64,000 nucleotides of DNA from Auanema rhodensis (Eukaryota > Animalia > Nematoda): positions 17,856,001 through 17,920,000 of the forward strand of contig OZ059900.1 in the NCBI GenBank assembly GCA_964057225.1, written 5' to 3'. The notes below the pieces were generated by a model. The model did no database searches. It was not told the origin of the DNA and saw only the letters and a program-made list of their open reading frames with translations. A program made the position numbers and the translations under genes. Below, piece after piece: positions 49,770 to 64,000 of this stretch (positions are counted from its first letter, which is position 1; the number at the start of each line of letters is the position of its first letter).

Positions 49770-52500
49770 CATGAGTTTGAACACATGAAATCGTAAGTCA
49801 AAACCTTGTTTACAGCGAAAATTCCAAAAACTGGTTTCCAGCATAATAAAATATTTCTCATGGGAAATACTGTGTTTTTGTATTTTTCTAGTGTTCAGCA
49901 TGTAAAATGCTTCATTTAAGTATGTAACACGCTGAAATTCGTTGCATTTGACTACTCATATGAACAAAAATCGATTTAATCAATATTAGCCATAAGGGGC
50001 GTGCCCTCAGAATATGCTAATTTCCTTAATTTTCTAACCCCTGTTTTTTTGTCGTGAAAGTGGAACTAGACGTTGTACGAACAATTTTGAGCTAGGTTTC
50101 ATTGACATTGCATGAGTTTGAACACATGAAATCGTAAGTCAAAACCTTGTTTACAGCGAAATTTCCAAAAACTGGTTTTCCAGCATAATAAAATATTTCT
50201 CATGGGAAAAACTGTGTTTTTGTATTTTTCTAGTGTTCAGCATGTAAAATGCTTCATTTTAGTATGTAACACGCTGAAATTCGTTGCATTTGACGACTCA
50301 TATGAACAAAAATCGATTTAATCAATATTAGCCATAAGGGGCGTGCCCTCAGAATATGCTAATTTCCTTAATTTTCTAACCCCTGTTTTTTGTCGTGAAA
50401 GTGGAACTAGACGTTGTACGAACAATTTTGAGCTAGGTTTCATTGACATTGCATGAGTTTGAACTCATGAAATCGTAAGTCAAAACCTTGTTTACAGCGA
50501 AATTTCCAAAAACTGGTTTTCCAGCATAATAAAATATTTCTCATGGGAAAAACTGTGTTTTTGTATTTTTCTAGTGTTCAGCATGTAAAATGCTTCATTT
50601 TAGTATGTAACACGCTGAAATTTGTTGCATTTGACGACTCATATGAACAAAAATCGATTTAATCAATATTAGCCATAAGGGGCGTGCCCTCAGAATATGC
50701 TAATTTCCTTAATTTTCTAACCCCTGTTTTTTTGTCGTGAAAGTGGAACTAGACGTTGTAGGAACAATTTTGAGCAAGGTTTCATTGACATTGCATGAGT
50801 TTGAACACATGAAATCGTAAGTCAAAACCTCGTTTACAGCGAAATTTCCAAAAACTGGTTTTCCAGCATAATAAAATATTTCTCATGGGAAATACTGTGT
50901 TTTTGTATTTTTCTAGTGTTCAGCATGTAAAATGCTTCATTTTAGTATGTAACACGCTAAAATTCGTTGCATTTGACGACTCATATGAACAAAAATCGAT
51001 TTAATCAATATTAGCCATAAGGGGCGTGCCCTCAGAATATGCTAATTTCCTTAATTTTCTAACCCCTGTTTTTTTGTCGTGAAAGTGGAACTAGACGTTG
51101 TACGAACAATTTTGAGCTAGGTTTCATTGACATTGCATGAGTTTGAACACATGAAATCGTAAGTCAAAACCTTGTTTACAGCGAAAATTCCAAAAACTGG
51201 TTTCCAGCATAATAAAATATTTCTCATGGGAAATACTGTGTTTTTGTATTTTTCTAGTGTTCAGCATGTAAAATGCTTCATTTAAGTATGTAACACGCTG
51301 AAATTCGTTGCATTTGACTACTCATATGAACAAAAATCGATTTAATCAATATTAGCCATAAGGGGCGTGCCCTCAGAATATGCTAATTTCCTTAATTTTC
51401 TAACCCCTGTTTTTTTGTCGTGAAAGTGGAACTAGACGTTGTACGAACAATTTTGAGCTAGGTTTCATTGACATTGCATGAGTTTGAACACATGAAATCG
51501 TAAGTCAAAACCTTGTTTACAGCGAAATTTCCAAAAACTGGTTTTCCAGCATAATAAAATATTTCTCATGGGAAAAACTGTGTTTTTGTATTTTTCTAGT
51601 GTTCAGCATGTAAAATGCTTCATTTTAGTATGTAACACGCTGAAATTCGTTGCATTTGACGACTCATATGAACAAAAATCGATTTAATCAATATTAGCCA
51701 TAAGGGGCGTGCCCTCAGAATATGCTAATTTCCTTAATTTTCTAACCCCTGTTTTTTGTCGTGAAAGTGGAACTAGACGTTGTACGAACAATTTTGAGCT
51801 AGGTTTCATTGACATTGCATGAGTTTGAACTCATGAAATCGTAAGTCAAAACCTTGTTTACAGCGAAATTTCCAAAAACTGGTTTTCCAGCATAATAAAA
51901 TATTTCTCATGGGAAAAACTGTGTTTTTGTATTTTTCTAGTGTTCAGCATGTAAAATGCTTCATTTTAGTATGTAACACGCTGAAATTTGTTGCATTTGA
52001 CGACTCATATGAACAAAAATCGATTTAATCAATATTAGCCATAAGGGGCGTGCCCTCAGAATATGCTAATTTCCTTAATTTTCTAACCCCTGTTTTTTTG
52101 TCGTGAAAGTGGAACTAGACGTTGTAGGAACAATTTTGAGCAAGGTTTCATTGACATTGCATGAGTTTGAACACATGAAATCGTAAGTCAAAACCTCGTT
52201 TACAGCGAAATTTCCAAAAACTGGTTTTCCAGCATAATAAAATATTTCTCATGGGAAATACTGTGTTTTTGTATTTTTCTAGTGTTCAGCATGTAAAATG
52301 CTTCATTTTAGTATGTAACACGCTAAAATTCGTTGCATTTGACGACTCATATGAACAAAAATCGATTTAATCAATATTAGCCATAAGGGGCGTGCCCTCA
52401 GAATATGCTAATTTCCTTAATTTTCTAACCCCTGTTTTTTTGTCGTGAAAGTGGAACTAGACGTTGTACGAACAATTTTGAGCTAGGTTTCATTGACATT
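49770..52500 (-). repeat. 4-monomer (1366 bp) tandem duplication
   Basis: AACTCATG 50462/51828; GAGCAAGG ~50772/~52138; CGCTAAAA 50955/52321; ACCTCGTT and GACTACTC at the same offset. Confidence 0.88.
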
Positions 52501-54149
52501 GCATGAGTTTGAACACATGAAATCGTAAGTCAAAACCTTGTTTACAGCGAAATTTCCAAAAACTGGTTTTCCAGCATAATAAAATATTTCTCATGGGAAA
52601 TACTGTGTTTTTGTATTTTTATAGTGTTCAGCATGTAAAATGCTTCATTTTAGTATGTAACACGCTGAAATTCGTTGCATTTGACGACTCATATGAACAA
52701 AAATCGATTTAATCAATATTAGCCATAAGGGGCGTGCCCTCAGAATATGCTAATTTCCTTAATTTTCTAACCCCTGTTTTTTTGTCGTGAAAGTGGAATT
52801 AGACGTTGTAGGAACAATTTTGAGCTAGGTTTCATTGACATTGCATGAGTTTGAACACATGAAATCGTAAGTCAAAACCTTGTTTACAGCGAAATTTCCA
52901 AAAACTGGTTTTCCAGCATAATAAAATATTTCTCATGGGAAATACTGTGTTTTTGTATTTTTCTAGTGTTCAGCATGTAAAATGCTTCATTTTAGTATGT
53001 AACACGCTGAAATTCGTTGCATTTGACGACTCATATGAACAAAAATCGATTTAATCAATATTAGCCATAAGGGGCGTGCCCTCAGAATATGCTAATTTCC
53101 TTAATTTTCTAACCCCTGTTTTTTGTCGTGAAAGTGGAACTAGACGTTGTAGGAACAATTTTGAGCTAGGTTTCATTGACATTGCATGAGTTTGAACACA
53201 TGAAATCGTAAGTCAAAACCTTGTTTACAGCGAACTTTCCAAAAACTGGTTTTCCAGCATAATAAAATATTTCTCATGGGAAATACTGTGTTTTTGTATT
53301 TTTCTAGTGTTCAGCGTGTAAAATGGTTCATTTTAGTATGTAACACGCTGAAATTCGTTGCATTTGACGACTCATATGAACAAAAATCGATTTAATCAAT
53401 ATTAGCCATAAGGGGCGTGCCCTCAGAATATGCTAATTTCCTTAATTTTCTAACCCCTGTTTTTTTGACGTGAAAGTGGAATTAGACGTTGTAGGAACAA
53501 TTTTGAGCTAGGTTTCATTGACATTGCATGAGTTTGAACACATGAAATCGTAAGTCAAAACCTTGTTTACAGCGAAATTTCCAAAAACTGGTTTTCCAGC
53601 ATAATAAAATATTTCTCATGGGAAATACTGTGTTTTTGTATTTTTATAGTGTTCAGCATGTAAAATGCTTCATTTTAGTATGTAACACGCTGAAATTCGT
53701 TGCATTTGACGACTCATATGAACAAAAATCGATTTAATCAATATTAGCCATAAGGGGCGTGCCCTCAGAATATGCTAATTTCCTTAATTTTCTAACCCCT
53801 GTTTTTTTGTCGTGAAAGTGGAATTAGACGTTGTAGGAACAATTTTGAGCTAGGTTTCATTGACATTGCATGAGTTTGAACACATGAAATCGTAAGTCAA
53901 AACCTTGTTTACAGCGAAATTTCCAAAAACTGGTTTTCCAGCATAATAAAATATTTCTCATGGGAAATACTGTGTTTTTGTATTTTTCTAGTGTTCAGCA
54001 TGTAAAATACTTCATTTTAGTATGTAACACGCTGAAATTCGTTGCATTTGACGACTCATATGAACAAAAATCGATTTAATCAATATTAGCCATAAGGGGC
54101 GTGCCCTCAGAATGTGCTAATTTCCTTAATTTTCTAACCCCTGTTTTTT

Positions 54150-56900
54150 TGTCGTGAAAGTGGAATTAGACGTTGTAGGAACAATTTTGAGCTAGGTTTC
54201 ATTGACATTGCATGAGTTTGAACACATGAAATCGTAAGTCAAAACCTTGTTTACAGCGAACTTTCCAAAAACTGGTTTTCCAGCAAAATAAAATATTTCT
54301 CATGGGAAATACTGTGTTTTTGTATTTTTATAGTGTTCAGCATGTAAAATGCTTCATTTTAGTATGTAACACCCTGAAATTCGTTTCATTTGACGACTCA
54401 TATGAACAAAAATCGATTTAATCAATATTAGCCATAAGGGGCGTGCCCTCAGAATATGCTAATTTCCTAAATTTTCTAACCCCTGTTTTTTTGTCGTGAA
54501 AGTGGAACTAGACGTTGTACGAACAATTTTGAGCTAGGTTTCATTGACATTGCATGAGTTTGAACACATGAAATCGTAAGTCAAAACCTTGTTTACAGCG
54601 AAATTTCCAAAAACTGGTTTTCCAGCATAATAAAATATTTCTCATGGGTAAAACTGTGTTTTTGTATTTTTCTAGTGTTCAGCATGTAAAATGCTTCATT
54701 TTAGTATGTAACACGCTGAAATTCGTTGCATTTGACGACTCATATGAACCAAAATCGATTTAATCAATATTAGCCATAAGGGGCGTGCCCTCAGAATATG
54801 CTAATTTCCTAAATTTTCTAACCCCTGTTTTTTTGTCGTGAAAGTGGAACTAGACGTTGTACGAACAATTTTGAGCTAGGTTTCATTGACATTGCATGAG
54901 TTTGAACACATGAAATCGTAAGTCAAAACCTTGTTTACAGCGAAATTTCCAAAAACTGGTTTTCCAGCATAATAAAATATTTCTCATGGGAAATACTGTG
55001 TTTTTGTATTTTTCTAGTGTTCAGCATGTGAAATACTTCATTTTAGTATGTAACACGCTGAAATTCGTTGCATTTGACGACTCATATGAACAAAAATCGA
55101 TTTAATCAATATTAGCCATAAGGGGCGTGCCCTCAGAATATGCTAATTTCCTTAATTTTCTAACCCCTGTTTTTTTGTCGTGAAAGTGGAATTAGACGTT
55201 GCAGGAACAATTTTGAGCTAGGTTTCATTGACATTGCATGAGTTTGAACACATGAAATCGTAAGTCAAAACCTTGTTTACAGCGAAATTTCCAAAAACTG
55301 GTTTTCCAGCATAATAAAATATTTCTCATGGGAAATACTGTGTTTTTGTATTTTTATAGTGTTCAGCATGTAAAATGCTTCATTTTAGTATGTAACACGC
55401 TGAAATTCGTTGCATTTGACGACTCATATGAACAAAAATCGATTTAATCAATATTAGCCATAAGGGGCGTGCCCTCAGAATATGCTAATTTCCTTAATTT
55501 TCTAACCCCTGTTTTTTTGTCGTGAAAGTGGAATTAGACGTTGTAGGAACAATTTTGAGCTAGGTTTCATTGACATTGCATGAGTTTGAACACATGAAAT
55601 CGTAAGTCAAAACCTTGTTTACAGCGAAATTTCCAAAAACTGGTTTTCCAGCAAAATAAAATATTTCTCATGGGAAATACTGTGTTTTTGTATTTTTATA
55701 GTGTTCAGCATGTAAAATGCTTCATTTTAGTATGTAACACCCTGAAATTCGTTTCATTTGACGACTCATATGAACAAAAATCGATTTAATCAATATTAGC
55801 CATAAGGGGCGTGCCCTCAGAATATGCTAATTTCCTAAATTTTCTAACCCCTGTTTTTTTGTCGTGAAAGTGGAACTAGACGTTGTACGAACAATTTTGA
55901 GCTAGGTTTCATTGACATTGCATGAGTTTGAACACATGAAATCGTAAGTCAAAACCTTGTTTACAGCGAAATTTCCAAAAACTGGTTTTCCAGCATAATA
56001 AAATATTTCTCATGGGTAAAACTGTGTTTTTGTATTTTTCTAGTGTTCAGCATGTAAAATGCTTCATTTTAGTATGTAACACGCTGAAATTCGTTGCATT
56101 TGACGACTCATATGAACCAAAATCGATTTAATCAATATTAGCCATAAGGGGCGTGCCCTCAGAATATGCTAATTTCCTAAATTTTCTAACCCCTGTTTTT
56201 TTGTCGTGAAAGTGGAACTAGACGTTGTACGAACAATTTTGAGCTAGGTTTCATTGACATTGCATGAGTTTGAACACATGAAATCGTAAGTCAAAACCTT
56301 GTTTACAGCGAAATTTCCAAAAACTGGTTTTCCAGCATGATAAAATATTTCTCATGGGAAATACTGTGTTTTTGTATTTTTCTAGTGTTCAGCATGTGAA
56401 ATACTTCATTTTAGTATGTAACACGCTGAAATTCGTTGCATTTGACGACTCATATGAACAAAAATCGATTTAATCAATATTAGCCATAAGGGGCGTGCCC
56501 TCAGAATATGCTAATTTCCTTAATTTTCTAACCCCTGTTTTTTTGTCGTGAAAGTGGAATTAGACGTTGCAGGAACAATTTTGAGCTAGGTTTCATTGAC
56601 ATTGCATGAGTTTGAACACATGAAATCGTAAGTCAAAACCTTGTTTACAGCGAAATTTCCAAAAACTGGTTTTCCAGCATAATAAAATATTTCTCATGGG
56701 AAATACTGTGTTTTTGTATTTTTATAGTGTTCAGCATGTAAAATGCTTCATTTTAGTATGTAACACGCTGAAATTCGTTGCATTTGACGACTCATATGAA
56801 CAAAAATCGATTTAATCAATATTAGCCATAAGGGGCGTGCCCTCAGAATATGCTAATTTCCTTAATTTTCTAACCCCTGTTTTTTTGTCGTGAAAGTGGA
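54150..56900 (-). repeat. 4-monomer (1368 bp) tandem duplication
   Basis: ACCCTG 54371/55739; GGGTAAAAC 54646/56014; GTTGCAGG ~55200/~56568; GCAAAATAA and GAACCAAA at the same offset. Confidence 0.88.
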
Positions 56901-59900
56901 ATTAGACGTTGTAGGAACAATTTTGAGCTAGGTTTCATTGACATTGCATGAGTTTGAACACATGAAATCGTAAGTCAAAACCTTGTTTACAGCGAAATTT
57001 CCAAAAACTGGTTTTCCAGCATAATAAAATATTTCTCATGGGAAATACTGTGTTTTTGTATTTTTCTAGTGTTCAGCATGTAAAATGCTTCATTTTAGTA
57101 TGTAACACGCTGAAATTCGTTGCATTTGACGACTCATATGAACAAAAATCGATTTAATCAATATTAGCCATAAGGGGCGTGCCCTCAGAATATGCTAATT
57201 TCCTTAATTTTCTAACCCCTGTTTTTTGTCGTGAAAGTGGAACTAGACGTTGTAGGAACAATTTTGAGCTAGGTTTCATTGACATTGCATGAGTTTGAAC
57301 ACATGAAATCGTAAGTCAAAACCTTGTTTACAGCGAAATTTCCAAAAACTGGTTTTCCAGCATAATAAAATATTTCTCATGGGAAATACTGTGTTTTTGT
57401 ATTTTTCTAGTGTTCAGCATGTAAAACACTTCATTTTAGTATGTAACACGCTGAAATTCAATGCATTTGACGAATCATATGAACAAAAATCGATTTAATC
57501 AATATAAGCCATAGAGGCGTGCCCTCAGAATATGCTAATTTCCTTAATTTTCTAACCCCTGTTTTTTGTCGTGAAAGTGGAACTAGACGTTGTAGGAACA
57601 ATTTTGAGCTAGGTTTCATTGACATTGCATGAGTTTGAACACATGAAATCGTAAGTCAAAACCTTGTTTACAGCGAAATTTCCAAAAAATGGTTTTCCAG
57701 CATAATAAAATATTTCTCATGGGAAATACTGTGTTTTTGTATTTTTATAGTGTTCAGCATGTAAAATGCTTCATTTTAGTATGTAACACGCTGAAATTCG
57801 TTGCATTTGACGACTCATATGAACAAAAATCGATTTAATCAATATTAGCCATAAGGGGCGTGCCCTCAGAATATGCTAATTTCCTTAATTTTCTAACCCC
57901 TGTTTTTTTGTCGTGAAAGTGGAATTAGACGTTGTAGGAACAATTTTGAGCTAGGTTTCATTGACATTGCATGAGTTTGAACACATGAAATCGTAAGTCA
58001 AAACCTTGTTTACAGCGAAATTTCCAAAAACTGGTTTTCCAGCATAATAAAATATTTCTCATGGGAAATACTGTGTTTTTGTATTTTTCTAGTGTTCAGC
58101 ATGTAAAATGCTTCATTTTAGTATGTAACACGCTGAAATTCGTTGCATTTGACGACTCATATGAACAAAAATCGATTTAATCAATATTAGCCATAAGGGG
58201 CGTGCCCTCAGAATATGCTAATTTCCTTAATTTTCTAACCCCTGTTTTTTGTCGTGAAAGTGGAACTAGACGTTGTAGGAACAATTTTGAGCTAGGTTTC
58301 ATTGACATTGCATGAGTTTGAACACATGAAATCGTAAGTCAAAACCTTGTTTACAGCGAAATTTCCAAAAACTGGTTTTCCAGCATAATAAAATATTTCT
58401 CATGGGAAATACTGTGTTTTTGTATTTTTCTAGTGTTCAGCATGTAAAACACTTCATTTTAGTATGTAACACGCTGAAATTCAATGCATTTGACGAATCA
58501 TATGAACAAAAATCGATTTAATCAATATAAGCCATAGAGGCGTGCCCTCAGAATATGCTAATTTCCTTAATTTTCTAACCCCTGTTTTTTGTCGTGAAAG
58601 TGGAACTAGACGTTGTAGGAACAATTTTGAGCTAGGTTTCATTGACATTGCATGAGTTTGAACACATGAAATCGTAAGTCAAAACCTTGTTTACAGCGAA
58701 ATTTCCAAAAACTGGTTTTCCAGCATAATAAAATATTTCTCATGGGAAATACTGTGTTTTTGTATTTTTATAGTGTTCAGCATGTAAAATGCTTCATTTT
58801 AGTATGTAACACGCTGAAATTCGTTGCATTTGACGACTCATATGAACAAAAATCGATTTAATCAATATTAGCCATAAGGGGCGTGCCCTCAGAATATGCT
58901 AATTTCCTTAATTTTCTAACCCCTGTTTTTTTGTCGTGAAAGTGGAATTAGACGTTGTAGGAACAATTTTGAGCTAGGTTTCATTGACATTGCATGAGTT
59001 TGAACACATGAAATCGTAAGTCAAAACCTTGTTTACAGCGAAATTTCCAAAAACTGGTTTTCCAGCATAATAAAATATTTCTCATGGGAAATACTGTGTT
59101 TTTGTATTTTTCTAGTGTTCAGCATGTAAAATGCTTCATTTTAGTATGTAACACGCTGAAATTCGTTGCATTTGACGACTCATATGAACAAAAATCGATT
59201 TAATCAATATTAGCCATAAGGGGCGTGCCCTCAGAATATGCTAATTTCCTTAATTTTCTAACCCCTGTTTTTTGTCGTGAAAGTGGAACTAGACGTTGTA
59301 GGAACAATTTTGAGCTAGGTTTCATTGACATTGCATGAGTTTGAACACATGAAATCGTAAGTCAAAACCTTGTTTACAGCGAAATTTCCAAAAACTGGTT
59401 TTCCAGCATAATAAAATATTTCTCATGGGAAATACTGTGTTTTTGTATTTTTATAGTGTTCAGCATGTAAAATGCTTCATTTTAGTATGTAACACGCTGA
59501 AATTCGTTGCATTTGACGACTCATATGAACAAAAATCGATTTAATCAATATTAGCCATAAGGGGCGTGCCCTCAGAATATGCTAATTTCCTTAATTTTCT
59601 AACCCCTGTTTTTTTGTCGTGAAAGTGGAATTAGACGTTGTAGGAACAATTTTGAGCTAGGTTTCATTGACATTGCATGAGTTTGAACACATGAAATCGT
59701 AAGTCAAAACCTTGTTTACAGCGAAATTTCCAAAAACTGGTTTTCCAGCATAATAAAATATTTCTCATGGGAAATACTGTGTTTTTGTATTTTTCTAGTG
59801 TTCAGCATGTAAAATGCTTCATTTTAGTATGTAACACGCTGAAATTCGTTGCATTTGACGACTCATATGAACAAAAATCGATTTAATCAATATTAGCCAT

Positions 59901-62450
59901 AAGGGGCGTGCCCTCAGAATATGCTAATTTCCTTAATTTTCTAACCCCTGTTTTTTGTCGTGAAAGTGGAACTAGACGTTGTAGGAACAATTTTGAGCTA
60001 GGTTTCATTGACATTGCATGAGTTTGAACACATGAAATCGTAAGTCAAAACCTTGTTTACAGCGAAATTTCCAAAAACTGGTTTTCCAGCATAATAAAAT
60101 ATTTCTCATGGGAAATACTGTGTTTTTGTATTTTTCTAGTGTTCAGCATGTAAAACACTTCATTTTAGTATGTAACACGCTGAAATTCAATGCATTTGAC
60201 GAATCATATGAACAAAAATCGATTTAATCAATATAAGCCATAGAGGCGTGCCCTCAGAATATGCTAATTTCCTTAATTTTCTAACCCCTGTTTTTTGTCG
60301 TGAAAGTGGAACTAGACGTTGTAGGAACAATTTTGAGCTAGGTTTCATTGACATTGCATGAGTTTGAACACATGAAATCGTAAGTCAAAACCTTGTTTAC
60401 AGCGAAATTTCCAAAAACTGGTTTTCCAGCATAATAAAATATTTCTCATGGGAAATACTGTGTTTTTGTATTTTTATAGTGTTCAGCATGTAAAATGCTT
60501 CATTTTAGTATGTAACACGCTGAAATTCGTTGCATTTGACGACTCATATGAACAAAAATCGATTTAATCAATATTAGCCATAAGGGGCGTGCCCTCAGAA
60601 TATGCTAATTTCCTTAATTTTCTAACCCCTGTTTTTTTGTCGTGAAAGTGGAATTAGACGTTGTAGGAACAATTTTGAGCTAGGTTTCATTGACATTGCA
60701 TGAGTTTGAACACATGAAATCGTAAGTCAAAACCTTGTTTACAGCGAAATTTCCAAAAACTGGTTTTCCAGCATAATAAAATATTTCTCATGGGAAATAC
60801 TGTGTTTTTGTATTTTTCTAGTGTTCAGCATGTAAAATGCTTCATTTTAGTATGTAACACGCTGAAATTCGTTGCATTTGACGACTCATATGAACAAAAA
60901 TCGATTTAATCAATATTAGCCATAAGGGGCGTGCCCTCAGAATATGCTAATTTCCTTAATTTTCTAACCCCTGTTTTTTGTCGTGAAAGTGGAACTAGAC
61001 GTTGTAGGAACAATTTTGAGCTAGGTTTCATTGACATTGCATGAGTTTGAACACATGAAATCGTAAGTCAAAACCTTGTTTACAGCGAAATTTCCAAAAA
61101 CTGGTTTTCCAGCATAATAAAATATTTCTCATGGGAAATACTGTGTTTTTGTATTTTTCTAGTGTTCAGCATGTAAAACACTTCATTTTAGTATGTAACA
61201 CGCTGAAATTCAATGCATTTGACGAATCATATGAACAAAAATCGATTTAATCAATATAAGCCATAGAGGCGTGCCCTCAGAATATGCTAATTTCCTTAAT
61301 TTTCTAACCCCTGTTTTTTGTCGTGAAAGTGGAACTAGACGTTGTAGGAACAATTTTGAGCTAGGTTTCATTGACATTGCATGAGTTTGAACACATGAAA
61401 TCGTAAGTCAAAACCTTGTTTACAGCGAAATTTCCAAAAACTGGTTTTCCAGCATAATAAAATATTTCTCATGGGAAATACTGTGTTTTTGTATTTTTAT
61501 AGTGTTCAGCATGTAAAATGCTTCATTTTAGTATGTAACACGCTGAAATTCGTTGCATTTGACGACTCATATGAACAAAAATCGATTTAATCAATATTAG
61601 CCATAAGGGGCGTGCCCTCAGAATATGCTAATTTCCTTAATTTTCTAACCCCTGTTTTTTTGTCGTGAAAGTGGAATTAGACGTTGTAGGAACAATTTTG
61701 AGCTAGGTTTCATTGACATTGCATGAGTTTGAACACATGAAATCGTAAGTCAAAACCTTGTTTACAGCGAAATTTCCAAAAACTGGTTTTCCAGCATAAT
61801 AAAATATTTCTCATGGGAAATACTGTGTTTTTGTATTTTTCTAGTGTTCAGCATGTAAAATGCTTCATTTTAGTATGTAACACGCTGAAATTCGTTGCAT
61901 TTGACGACTCATATGAACAAAAATCGATTTAATCAATATTAGCCATAAGGGGCGTGCCCTCAGAATATGCTAATTTCCTTAATTTTCTAACCCCTGTTTT
62001 TTTGTCGTGAAAGTGGAATTAGACGTTGTAGGAACAATTTTGAGCTAGGTTTCATTGACATTGCATGAGTTTGAACACATGAAATCGTAAGTCAAAACCT
62101 TGTTTACAGCGAAATTTCCAAAAACTGGTTTTCCAGCATAATAAAATATTTCTCATGGGAAATACTGTGTTTTTGTATTTTTCTAGTGTTCAGCATGTGA
62201 AACACTTCATTTTAGTATGTAACACGCTGAAATTCAATGCATTTGACGAATCATATGAACAAAAATCGATTTAATCAATATAAGCCATAGAGGCGTGCCC
62301 TCAGAATATGCTAATTTCCTTAATTTTCTAACCCCTGTTTTTTGTCGTGAAAGTGGAACTAGACGTTGTAGGAACAATTTTGAGCTAGGTTTCATTGACA
62401 TTGCATGAGTTTGAACACATGAAATCGTAAGTCAAAACCTTGTTTACAGC
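56650..62450 (-). repeat. Young 3-monomer (1023 bp) higher-order repeat, about 5 copies, with one 2-monomer interruption
   Basis: The GACGAATC-marked divergent monomer occurs at 57471, 58494, 60200, 61223 and 62247 (spacings 1023, 1706, 1023, 1024). Confidence 0.9.
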
Positions 62451-64000
62451 GAAATTTCCAAAAACTGGTTTTCCAGCATAATAAAATATTTCTCATGGGA
62501 AATAATGTGTTTTTGTATTTTTCTAGTGTTCAGCATGTAAAATACTTCATTTTAGTATGTAACACGCTGAAATTCGTTGCATTTGACGACTCATATGAAC
62601 AAAAATCGATTTAATCAATATTAGCCATAAGGGGCGTGCCCTCAGAATGTGCTAATTTCCTTAATTTTCTAACCCCTGTTTTTTTGTCGTGAAAGTGGAA
62701 TTAGACGTTGTAAGAACAATTTTGAGCTAGGTTTCATTGACATTGCATGAGTTTGAACACATGAAATCGTAAGTCAAAACCTTGTTTACAGCGAACTTTC
62801 CAAAAACTGGTTTTCCAGCATAATAAAATATTTCTCATGGGAAATACTGTGTTTTTGTATTTTTATAGTGTTCAGCATGTAAAATGCTTCATTTTAGTAT
62901 GTAACACCCTGAAATTCGTTTCATTTGACGACTCATATGAACAAAAATCGATTTAATCAATATTAGCCATAAGGGGCGTGCCCTCAGAATATGCTAATTT
63001 CCTTAATTTTCTAACCCCTGTTTTTTTGTCGTGAAAGTGGAACTAGACGTTGTAGGAACAATTTTGAGCAAGGTTTCATTGACATTGCATGAGTTTGAAC
63101 ACATGAAATCGTAAGTCAAAACCTTGTTTACAGCGAAATTTCCAAAAACTGGTTTTCCAGCATAATAAAATATTTCTCATGGGAAATACTGTGTTTTTGT
63201 ATTTTTCTAGTGTTCAGCATGTGAAATACTTCATTTTAGTATGTAACACGCTGAAATTCGTTGCATTTGACGACTCATATGAACAAAAATCGATTTAATC
63301 AATATTAGCCATAAGGGGCGTGCCCTCAGAATATGCTAATTTCCTAAATTTTCTAACCCCTGTTTTTTTGTCGTGAAAGTGGAACTAGACGTTGTACGAA
63401 CAATTTTGAGCTAGGTTTCATTGACATTGCATGAGTTTGAACACATGAAATCGTAAGTCAAAACCTTGTTTACAGCGAAATTTCCAAAAACTGGTTTTCC
63501 AGCATAATAAAATATTTCTCATGGGTAAAACTGTGTTTTTGTATTTTTCTAGTGTTCAGCATGTAAAATGCTTCATTTTAGTATGTAACACGCTGAAATT
63601 CGTTGCATTTGACGACTCATATGAACCAAAATCGATTTAATCAATATTAGCCATAAGGGGCGTGCCCTCAGAATATGCTAATTTCCTAAATTTTCTAACC
63701 CCTGTTTTTTTGTCGTGAAAGTGGAACTAGACATTGTACGAACAATTTTGAGCTAGGTTTCATTGACATTGCATGAGTTTGAACACATGAAATCGTAAGT
63801 CAAAACCTTGTTTACAGCGAAATTTCCAAAAACTGGTTTTCCAGCATAATAAAATATTTCTCATGGGAAAAACTGTGTTTTTGTATTTTTCTAGTGTTCA
63901 GCTTGTAAAATGCTTCATTTTAGTATGTAACACGCTGAAATTTGTTGCATTTGACGACTCATATGAACAAAAATCGATTTAATCAATATTAGCCATAAGG

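Larger units (their letters stand above)
11065..64000 (-). repeat. Same 342-bp satellite in reverse-complement orientation (~154 monomers; open at window end)
   Basis: From 11065/11066 the sequence reads TTCATTTTAGTATGTAACACGCTGAAATTCGTTGCATTTGACGACTCAT, the reverse complement of monomer positions 1-48. It continues with a 341-342 bp period to the end. Confidence 0.99.

Noticed and set aside
1-64000. CRISPR array or prokaryotic repeat system
   Set aside because: The full 342 bp is repeated, with no unique spacers, no leader and no cas or other genes.

Overview
The whole 64-kb window is one AT-rich (~34% GC by hand count) tandem satellite DNA array of eukaryotic heterochromatic/centromere-like type. 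The monomer is 342 bp (ATGAGTCGTC recurs at 1, 343, 685...), there are about 186 copies, and they usually differ at only a few sites. I find no credible genes, RNA genes, transposons or CRISPR arrays; every listed ORF is a by-product of monomer variants. The main structural event is a single orientation switch at 11064/11065, with ~32 monomers on + and ~154 on -, forming a kilobase-scale dyad around a 77-bp spacer and no foreign DNA at the joint. Both breakpoints fall in loops of short hairpins of the monomer, and the first monomers on each side share mirrored rare variants. Diagnostic SNPs/indels reveal a patchwork of local higher-order repeats (3-, 4-, 5-, 8-, 11- and 12-mers), three 413-bp monomers with a 72-bp internal duplication spaced exactly 3831 bp apart, and a young 3-mer expansion carrying a divergent ~90-bp tract. 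I cannot identify the species or satellite family from sequence alone. I see no new protein-coding system; the interest lies in the array architecture. Higher-order repeat boundaries were read by eye and are approximate.
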